Part shown: one piece after another, positions 1 through 8,269 of the stretch
How positions within the stretch are numbered: the stretch's first letter is position 1
Layout: each line of letters opens with the position of its first letter
DNA from: Coniocarpon cinnabarinum
Taxonomy: Eukaryota
NCBI GenBank assembly: GCA_051942205.1
Contig: JAVECO010000029.1
Coordinates: 124,001-153,844, forward strand
DNA: 29,844 nt
Direction: 5' to 3'
Translations under genes and position numbers: made by a program
The notes under the pieces: model-generated
Told to the model about the DNA's origin: nothing
The model's input: only the letters and a program-made list of their open reading frames with translations
Database searches by the model: none

Positions 1-120
1 ATTCCAGTTGATGAAGAACAGAATGCCTGGCAGATGTAATTACCTGCTCAATGTGTACTGCTGAGAGTCTTAAATACAGCAAAGGGAGGTACTGAACGGC
101 GCCGCGGAATATGCCTCGTC

Positions 121-160
121 CACGTGCCCGCCCACGTGACCGCTTCTTCATACGTGCCCG
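121..160. promoter_or_regulatory. Clustered E-box (CACGTG) motifs upstream of the SPO22-like ATG
   Basis: CACGTG at 121-126, CACGTGAC at 133-140 and a near-copy TACGTGCCCG at 151-160 of CACGTGCCCG at 121-130, 50-90 nt before ATG 210. This is a bHLH (Cbf1-type) consensus. Function is inferred only. Confidence 0.3.
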
Positions 161-209
161 ATTTCAAGCTTCTTCCCCGATGACATATCCAAGTGAGTCA
201 GCTCAGACC

Positions 210-3200
210 ATGCCAGCAGGTAGCAGCAAAGCATCGGAACGAGTTACCACTGAGTTATTAAGCAAGTTCGCTGCGTAAGACTGACCGCCTGTACATCCCG
301 CTTACCTTGGGCGCAGGCTTTGGCAAAAGATTGTCTCAGCGCGACTCCCTCACCAACGACGCTAAAGTCGTAGCGGAGTTGAAAAGGTACCTACTGTCTC
401 GAATCCCTTCTTGCTTCAACCTAATGCAGTCTATCTGTTTCGATTGCAATGCCTGCGGACATGGCGCCTCGCGACCCCTTACTAAGTTTCAGAAACGCTG
501 GGAATGTGGTTTTTGGGCTGACGCGCTCTGTGGAAGCAACTTAATCACTCTTCAGACAACTCAATTGTTTATCCAGAGGCAGCATGCTGCGGAGCTGGAT
601 CAATGTGGCACTGACTTGTGGAATCTCGCTGTGCGCTTAAGAAGCAGCAACGAGAACGATGTTAAAATTGTTGTCCTCACTCGCGTCTTCGCCTTCCATT
701 TGCTGCACGCTGCAAAACCAGCAAATGAGCGAAGTAGGCATAACAATTTACGATTGCTGAAGGCCGCAAACAAATCGGCAAAACTTTGCCTGGAGCACAA
801 CGACTGTGGCAATGCGCAAAACATCTTGAGCTGTGCAGCCTCGACGACAGACGTTCTCGACCGGGAAGAGAATGGCGCCAAGGACTCACGGCTACATCGA
901 GCGTCAAATGACGACGTTGAAGCTCCAACCAGAGCTAGCATGGTCGAGTATTTAACATTGAGAGTGATGTTGGTAAGTATAGCTTTGGCCGTTCTTTATA
1001 TTCACTTAGACATCATCAGCTGATAAGGCGAAGGCATGGAAGCAGGAACGGCTTGAAATTGCCGAAGCGATGTACAACAAAGCTGAGGCGCGCAAAGACT
1101 GGATCCAGCCGGTGGAAGCTGAATCCTTAGCCGATCTGCTCTACGAAATCGGCAAAACTCTCTACAAACGAGGCGATAGCTATGCCGCTTCGCAATGGCT
1201 AGAACGCGCACATCAAACGCTAGCGGCGCACGAGCAGGACCGTCTAAGCGATGATGCAGGGGACCTAAGGTTGTCTGTCTTACATTTATTGGGTACATGG
1301 CATATTTTCCAATTATGGTTGTGGCAATGTACTAACCCTCCTGGTCAAAGTAAGAAGTCTACTTGATGATGACCGCGCAAAAACGCAAGACCGAGCGCGT
1401 CAGCTGCTTGGTTTAATGGAAAGTGTATGTGACAAGAGCTGCAACGCCGCGAACCTGGCTAACGCATGAAGGATTATGGTGGAAAATTGGCTGTCTTCAC
1501 CTTGCAGCTCGACCAGGCCAGTCGCCGTGACAATTTTGATGCAGAATCGTTCTACGCCGGTAGGAACATTTGATGTCGCTGATGATGCGGTGTTTCTGAC
1601 ATCGATTAGCACTTCACAAAATGATTCGGACAGTTCACCTGACTTCAACTAATTTCAAACTAATTTTACATCAGATTCATAAGCTGAAGACGCATGAGTA
1701 AGCCATTTTATAGTCATTGAAGTAGTCGTGCGTCTTGAGCAATGACTGATCCACGCTATAGTCAAGACTTGTCTTGCAGAGCTTTGGATGACTTGCTGAC
1801 ATTGAGACTGTTTGTTGACCGTCAGACGGAATGGGCAGAGAGAGCCCTCGTTACGAGATTTTGGCTAACAACCATGAATCCTTCAACGTTTGAGCTTACG
1901 CCGATCACAGACTTACTTGAGCGTTTTACGGACAGTATTGGTTGTTCGCTCAGCTCTACGGCGACACATGCGGCTCAAACAATTTTCTGGAAACTTGTGG
2001 ACACTTTTACCGAACATGGGCAGCGCGACCAGGCTGAAAAGCTCTGTCGCTTGCTGCTGCATCCGGCGTTCGAGCAGGCGGGTCAGTTCAATCGTGGGAA
2101 GATTCAAAGGAGATTGATCATGATGGCTATGGGCTCAGAAGGTACTGCAAGAGCCGTCCAGCTGTACAACGAGCTGCCAATAGAAACCCGCTCAAACCCT
2201 TTGACGCAGTACCTTCGATACCGAATAGCCATTCGGGAACATGACCAAGTCTCGGCCTTGGAGGCACTTCAGCGGATCTGTGACACGTCAATGGCGCGGG
2301 ATGCCACACTCTTGTATGCTTGTGTGTTGGAAGCTCAAGCTTCGGGTGACCGCCGTCAAGCAATTGCAGCCCTTCGAGAGGTCACACGCAAGTTCAATTA
2401 CGGAGCTCCAAACGGAGTCCACCTACCTGCGCTATTGCGTTGCACAGCACGCTTGTTGGTGTCTGAGTTGTCGAGCAATGCTTCCAACACTGCTGACCTG
2501 ATTACTGAATTGTGCACGTTGTTCTGCGGAGCAGCCACGCAAGCGCGCACAGAACACTCGAGAGATGAGCAAAGCAGCAAAGTGGTGCAGTTCACGAACA
2601 CAGAAGTGCAATGGTTCCTTCGCAATGCTTACAATCTATCAGTCTCTCATTTTGGCGAATGGACGAGCGAGCAGACATCCGCGCTTCTTGAGTGCTGCCA
2701 GATCTTTGGAGATCTAGCACAGAAGCTAGATCAGACCAATGATCACGAGCGCACTAGACGTATGATCGTGGTCGACGGTCTGCTCTCGCAGTGTCTGGTC
2801 CAGATGGCACGACAAGCGCAGGACCACGAACTGGCGTTGCAGGAGTATGCTGAGGTTAGAAAACAAGTGGACAGACTTCGACAAGCGCAGGAGCAGGCCG
2901 TGAAGGGTGGAACTCATTTCGAAGCCATCTGGAGTAGACTGTTGTGCCATGACTTTGAGGCGTGCATCCAACTCCGACTCCTGGACCCTCTTGTCAAAAT
3001 TGTCCGCGAAGCAAGCGTGGCCGGCGTGGATATACTCGGCAAGCTGGCTGAAATGCTACTGGCATGCGATGTCTCGCAGTCGGCGACGGTAACAACACTT
3101 GAAGCCATTATCGAGGCTTCGCCGCCATCCTCAATCGCATCGGCGGCACGGTGGATCCGCATTCTCTACCACTTGTGCACGACCTCGAGCTTTCCTGACA

Positions 3201-3517
3201 GCGAGCAAAAAGCAGGTGCGATGCTCCATCAAGCATCGAGGCTAGCTGAGAGAGCCCCACCGAATGCTCAGTATCCAGCTGAGGAGCTCGAGTGGCTGGC
3301 AACAACGACGTTCAACCGCGCTGTGGATGCGTACTGCAGTAGCGATGAAGAGGCTTGCCGCGCACGCGTGGAGGAAGCACTGAACATCGCGAACCAGCTA
3401 GCAGGACGAGACGGGGGTCGCCTGCGGGACGCAATGGTCAAACGCGCCAGTGGGCTTTTGGGCGTCGCAGAAGGTGAAGGAGATGAAACAACCACTGCAG
3501 AGGCGCAGAGGCGGTGA
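210..3517 (+). CDS. SPO22: Meiosis protein SPO22/ZIP4-like (TPR-like ZMM crossover/synapsis scaffold), ~940 aa, 8 exons: 210-261, 317-386, 537-972, 1034-1292, 1351-1424, 1472-1559, 1610-1697, 1762-3517
   Basis: Exons joined at splice signals give one continuous frame (2823 nt). It contains motifs I recognise from fungal Spo22: ELDQCGTDLWN, AWKQERLEIAEAMYNK, LADLLYEIGK..WLERA, LRLSVLHLLVRSLL, MIRTVHLTSTNFKLILHQIHKL, ATHAAQTIFWK, GKIQRRLI, LLYACVLEAQ, HLPALLRCTARL, YPAEELEWLATTTFNRAVD. Intron 2 (387-536) and the 3' end (possible extra exon 3621-3666) are less certain. Confidence 0.88.
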
Positions 3518-4151
3518 GAGGGGTTTCCCAGTTCTGCCATGCCCATCTGAGCCCGTCGCAGACCGCACCTCACCGCACCGCACCGCACAGGAAGCAGCTG
3601 GCTAACCGGCACCGGCACAGGCACTCACACCGCAGGCAGGCTCGAGTAAACATCAACGCTGCGTAAACAATCGGCATGGCATGGGAGCAGAGGGCCCGGC
3701 GGGCAAAAGCAGCGCTACTGCGGCCGCGCCCCACGACCGAGTCCTGAAGCAGGAGCTTTCCAGAAGCTGGGGAGCGAGCTGTGGGGTTTCTGCTGGCAGA
3801 GCTGTCTCCTTTTAGCAACCATGTGCCATCCATCGCCGATCCACTGCCCAACGGCGCGCTTAGACGTCTTGTCAATATGCCCCTCGAGTCGTCCGTGTCG
3901 CACAGTGTGCTTTGTGAGCTTGCTGAGCGTCGCGGAGAACAAAGCGACAGGTTGATGCACCAGCCAAGGGTTGCAGCGGGGTCCAGCAGGCCAGAAGGCC
4001 CGCCGAGCACCGGACCAGAACCGCCATCACGGCGCCCTCGTTGTGGCAATCTCAGATGCCGATGGGGCTAGGCGCGCACTAAGCGACGGGCGGAGCCGCT
4101 TATGCAGCGCCAATCGATACACCGCCCTCCAGCCAGTGATGTCAAGCATCT

Positions 4152-4190
4152 CTGCATCTGCATCTGCATCTGCACCTGCACCTGCACCTG
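4152..4190. repeat. Compound hexanucleotide microsatellite (CTGCAT)3(CTGCAC)3
   Basis: Read directly: ctgcat x3, ctgcac x3, ctg. Confidence 0.9.
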
Positions 4191-4492
4191 ATGCGCCTGA
4201 CGATGGTCTGCTCTCTGATCAAGATCGCGCCTGCGCAGATCCGCTCCTGCACCACTTGCGTCCCTTTTATTGTTCTCTCTTTCTCCTTGCTCACTTCCTC
4301 CATTCGTCTCTGAAACATAGCGCTGACAAAGAAGCTGACCCCTCGCCCGCCGTCCGCCAATTTCTCACCTCCCTACTGCTGTGCTCAAACGTGTCACAAA
4401 GTTTGGGACAATTTCCAGAACTTCTCTGAGATCTCAAGCAGGTCCGCCACGACCCTTAAAACAAAATCACTTCTGCAATAATACCACCCACA

Positions 4493-5074
4493 ATGGCACC
4501 ACCATCTCCCTTCACGACAACATCCCTATTCATGACTGCCACTGTCTCCCGTCAATTCCTAGGCCCTCGCGTCCCTGTCACTCTGAAAGCCATCAAGCGT
4601 CCAGCAAAGCCTGCAAATGGCATCGTCACTCCCGTTACTGCTACTGCTACACCTATAGCACCAGTAATTGCAGCACAGCACTCCAGGGGGCTCGCGTCGG
4701 GTCGGACGGGGGACATGGGTCCAGGTACGTGCGTCACTTTCGGTCACGAGTCTGGCTCTCCGTCATCGCTCTGCCTCGAATGCACTTCCGTAACCGACGA
4801 GTTAGCTGACTTGACTATGGCAGAAAAGACTCATGTGACCGACAAGAAGCCGTCCGACAGTAAGTATGATGTCCAATCAAGCGCCTCAGGCACCGGATTT
4901 GCCGACCGAAGCACAGCACATGGCCAAGACGAAACAGCCACAGGCCACGCAAGAAGTCAAGCAGCAATGCAAAAGGACGAGACCAAAGCCGGCGATAAGA
5001 TGAAGTCGGAATTCAAAGCCGCACCAGAACCCATCATCGGCGCAAACGACGAAAGAGGCGGGAAGGGCCGGTGA
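4493..5074 (+). CDS. Small conserved fungal hypothetical protein (~160 aa), probably mitochondrial; exons 4493-4724 and 4824-5074
   Basis: ATG in good context (CACAATGG). The N-terminus is basic/hydroxylated and acid-free, like a presequence. Intron GTACGT(4725)...GCTGAC...CAG(4823). The hydrophilic C-terminus ends in APEPIIGANDERGGKG, resembling a motif I recall from small ascomycete hypothetical proteins. Confidence 0.7.
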   Translation: MAPPSPFTTTSLFMTATVSRQFLGPRVPVTLKAIKRPAKPANGIVTPVTATATPIAPVIAAQHSRGLASGRTGDMGPGTCVTFGHESGSPSSLCLECTSVTDELADLTMAEKTHVTDKKPSDSKYDVQSSASGTGFADRSTAHGQDETATGHARSQAAMQKDETKAGDKMKSEFKAAPEPIIGANDERGGKGR

Positions 5075-7200
5075 TGCATCATTGACGAAACCTATTTCTA
5101 TTAGAAGCATTGAGTTTGACACACGAAGCCATGAAAAGTCCTAGACATCAGGATGAGCATTGAGTGTGCTGGGAGCGCGCTCTGCCGCAATGTCCATACA
5201 TGCATATTATGAACGGCGTTTTGCAAAAGCCAGGAGGCAGGCGTACTTCAAAGCAATGGCATAAAATCTTCATCCTTGAGTCTTAATGTCTGCTGCCCCC
5301 AGTGGAGCGGTCAGACTGATTCTCCACGAAAATTCCCTAGCCTCGGTAATCTTCAAAGATCTTTTTTTTTTTCCTCTTTGGAGACTGCTCTGCTTCGTTG
5401 ACATGGTGCCCACGTTTAAAGACAACGCCAATCAGCCCAATAGCGGTCTCGTCATTCTTCTCAATTACGTGCTTCTCCTACGCCTCTGATCCGCCGTGTT
5501 CTTACTCTACTTCCAAGTCACAAACACTTCGCATACCCACACTCTTTAGCTGAAACAATATGTACAGTGTGTTTTCCAGAGATCCTGCATCGTGTAGATG
5601 ATGTACTCCTGTCTCCCTGAGAATGGTTTAACGTGACCGCGGGAATTGTCAAGGATTCATCACGTGCTCGAAACGCTGGTGCCCTTCGCTTCATCATTGA
5701 TTACTTGAACTAAGAAATATTAGAAGTAGGCTTGTCTAGTCCATAGGCCCCTTATACTTATGGTCGAAGAGCCGCTTGTCTCTTTGAGCAATGTTGCAGA
5801 TTGCACACAGTCACTCGGAATGTCCTCGCAACATCGTTTGATGACATGATGTCTTAATCAGGAAGACCACGGTAAAGACTCTGATCGACCTTGACTCTTG
5901 AGTACAACACATGGTTTCACTGATTTACGACGAAGCTGAGGCCTAGCGTTTCCCTCGCTATAACGCTTCCTCCTTCCATGTCTACGACGCTCGCAACGGT
6001 TCATGAGAGTCTCGCAGGTGTCTTCCCATTGCAACATATCATGCTTCATGAGTGCACACCGAGGTTTCTCATTTAAGTTCTCGTCCTTCAATCAAGCTGA
6101 TAGACCTGTTAGTGATTTTCTTATGTTCTCAGTGGATCATGTTTCGCAACAGGTAACCTCAGGACAAATCACAAACAGGGTAAAGGACGCAGTCGTGGCA
6201 AAAGAAAGTCAAGACTATGTGCGGTGGATTGCACATACAGAAGATGTGGCAGGGAAGTACACTCAAATTCACACAGTGATAACGTGACACATTTCAAGCT
6301 ATTGATTCCTCACGGGCAAATGGAAATAGACGTTCAATGCATCACTCAGCTCTCTGCCATCTCAATTTGTCTGCTGAGATTTGACCCTCATCTCCTCGCC
6401 ATCTACGACAACTCAATGAGAGGCTGATTCTCTGCAGTCCCATCCACCCGTAGCCAACATGCACCAGCGTCCGCAATTTCCCAGGCATTGAAGAGACGAC
6501 CGTAGATATCTCTGTGCGTGCTTAGGGAAGCAGGTCTTGCTGCACGCTGGAGAGGTTCGAATGGGTGTTTCTCTGGCGCCGTTTGTGACCGTTCTATCAT
6601 TTAGAGGAATAGGCGGTGTTTTTCTGTTCTGGGCGCGTTGATCAATATAATTTAAAGGTTCGTAAGCGGGTGAGAGATAAGAGTGCCGGGTAAGACAGCA
6701 CTGGGAATTACCGTTTTGCCCAGGGAAACAAATCAAGGAGAAGAAGATGCTGTACAATGAGAAACGCCTCTGCTCCTATCAACATAGTTGTGACGTTTCT
6801 CCGTACGGTGCCAGTGAGTTGTTCGCGATTGATGGACTCATAGATTGGCGGTCTCGGGGGATTGTCGAACGCGGCGGCGTATCTTCCCTTGATTCGTTCT
6901 TGTTTGTAAAGACGACTACGATGTAATCGCCCTGGCATCCAAGTCCCGTCACATGCTTGGACATTCTTCCACTACAGCATAAGGTACCCTCCCTTGAAGT
7001 CGAAGGCCCTATCCAACTCTTCCCAATGCGGACGTGATGCCCTTCACCACCACCTTGCGCTTCCCTCACCGCTTCGTCGTGACCACCTCGTCATCAGCCA
7101 ACCATCACGTGCCCACTGGAGCCTCCTGCTGCCTACTGCCGTCGTCCAGCCATTCCCCTCTCGGCCTAGCCAAACCGGCGCATCCTTTCTCCGTGCTCAC

Positions 7201-7255
7201 ATACAAATAGTCTCCCGGCGCCTTGCTCTCTTCCTCTTTCTTTTCTCTTTCTCTT
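7201..7255 (+). promoter_or_regulatory. Putative U2 core promoter: TATA-like ATACAAATA followed by a CT-rich tract
   Basis: ATACAAATA at 7201-7209, ~50 nt upstream of the U2 start, then a pure pyrimidine tract at 7226-7256. This layout is typical of fungal Pol II initiation regions. Confidence 0.4.
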
Positions 7256-7296
7256 CAGCTCTCTTTGCCATTTGGCTTAGATCAAGTGTAGTATCT

Positions 7297-7354
7297 GTAT
7301 GTGAAGTCCTCGGCAGCTCTCACTGATGTTGTCTGCTGACTGGATTTGCGCTAG
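7297..7354 (+). other. U2 snRNA intron 1 (58 nt, GT-AG)
   Basis: Donor GTATGT, branch GCTGAC 7335-7340, acceptor TAG. Removal restores GTAGTATCT-GTTCTTTTCAG. Confidence 0.93.
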
Positions 7355-7374
7355 GTTCTTTTCAGTTTGATCGC

Positions 7375-7428
7375 GTATGCATCCTGGATGACTCTGAACC
7401 TCATCCTCCTCTTTGCTAATGGACCCAG
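7375..7428 (+). other. U2 snRNA intron 2 (54 nt, GT-AG)
   Basis: Donor GTATGC, branch GCTAAT 7415-7420, acceptor CAG. Removal restores the 3' strand of stem IIa (C-TGAAA). Confidence 0.92.
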
Positions 7429-7531
7429 TGAAACTTGCCCACGGGCAAATTCTCGATTAACCAATTTTTGAACCCGGCTATGGCGCTCACTGGGCTTGCC
7501 CACAGTGCCATGGCACGGTGTCGCCTGTATT

Positions 7532-7586
7532 GTGAGCCTTGTTTTTTCACCACCATTCTCAGAGGCAAGACTGACAATTCCCGCAG
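7532..7586 (+). other. U2 snRNA intron 3 (55 nt, GT-AG)
   Basis: Donor GTGAGC, branch ACTGAC 7570-7575, acceptor CAG. Removal restores the loop IV sequence TATT-GCACTAC and its closing stem. Confidence 0.9.
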
Positions 7587-7608
7587 GCACTACCTCAGGC
7601 TGACGCGA

Positions 7609-7633
7609 CTTCTTCGCTTTTTCTTTTTTCTTT
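7609..7633 (+). terminator. T-rich tract immediately 3' of U2 (putative termination/3'-processing region)
   Basis: cttcttcgctttttcttttttcttt directly follows stem-loop IV. Confidence 0.35.
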
Positions 7634-8269
7634 GCACACTTGGTCTATGTGACTAAGCTGTGAGGAAGGAAGTGTCCCCTTGTTTGTCATGCTTAGTCCT
7701 TCCCTCATCATCACTGTTTGTCTTCAAAGTGTCTTGCATTTCACGACGCGACGCACAAGACACCTTTCTTTCATCCTACCGCCAATCAAAGCCCTCCCTG
7801 CACTCGTGCCTCTCCTGCCCTGAGTGTTCTGCTTGCGCTCTGCATTGTCTTCTCATGTCGCAAATAGAGGTCCTGCATCGCATTTTGATACGTGAAGCAA
7901 TACCCACAAGCGTAACGTTTCTGCCTCTCTCAACATATGTTCATGACGATTGACGGGCCACGCATCTCGCATCGTTTGGTGAGACCAGCTCTGGAATACC
8001 GAAGTCCATCAATGCGTAGATGATAATTCATCTTGATGGGATGGTCCTGGAAGAACTCATTGCATACACTCATACTTGATGCAGTAAAAGCGGACCCAAA
8101 GTGATAGCGCTTGGCTTTCGGACGAGCCCACTCACGCCACGTGTTTCAGCTTTTGTCGCGTTTGCACAGGCGGAAGACTCCGGCTCCGAGTGCGTCTGCC
8201 GTCCGCAGCTGTTGACAATGCACTTTTCAACTTCCACGTTCAAGAGCAGTACAGTCGACCACCAGACAA

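Larger units (their letters stand above)
7256..7609 (+). ncRNA. U2: U2 spliceosomal snRNA gene interrupted by three spliceosomal introns; exons ~7256-7296, 7355-7374, 7429-7531, 7587-~7609 (~187 nt mature)
   Basis: The spliced sequence begins CAGCTCTCTTTGCCATTTGGCTTAGATCAAGTGTAGTATCT|GTTCTTTTCAGTTTGATCGC|TGAAA, essentially the invariant fungal U2 5' domain. Elements present: branch-site recognition GTAGTA 7288-7293; stem IIa TTTCAG/CTGAAA; stem IIb TTGCC/GGCAA; CGATTAA 7454-7460 complementary to the IIa loop (stem IIc); Sm site AATTTTTG 7463-7470; stem III GCTATGGCGCT/AGTGCCATGGC; stem-loop IV GTCGCCTG-TATT|GCACTACCT-CAGGCTGAC. Exact 5' and 3' ends are uncertain by a few nt. Confidence 0.95.

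Noticed and set aside
387..492. Stwintron (nested intron) in SPO22 intron 2
   Set aside because: Excision at the internal acceptors (429 or 492) does not regenerate a credible donor sequence.
3570..4429. GC-rich ORFs between SPO22 and the small gene
   Set aside because: Overlapping ORFs on both strands driven by GC content and a microsatellite, with no coding signature or motifs.
5839..5884. C/D-box-like pair TGATGA...CTGA
   Set aside because: Only ~46 nt long, with a weak terminal stem and no convincing rRNA-complementary guide.
7226..7258. Pyrimidine tract plus CAG as a possible fourth U2 intron acceptor
   Set aside because: The U2 5' end is already complete at about 7256 by comparison with yeast U2, and no matching donor is evident nearby. 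It is better explained as a CT-rich initiation region. 5' RACE would settle it.
6994..7656. Short ORFs 6994-7326, 7351-7590 and 7435-7656
   Set aside because: They overlap the U2 gene and its promoter and terminator tracts, start at non-ATG codons and have no protein features.
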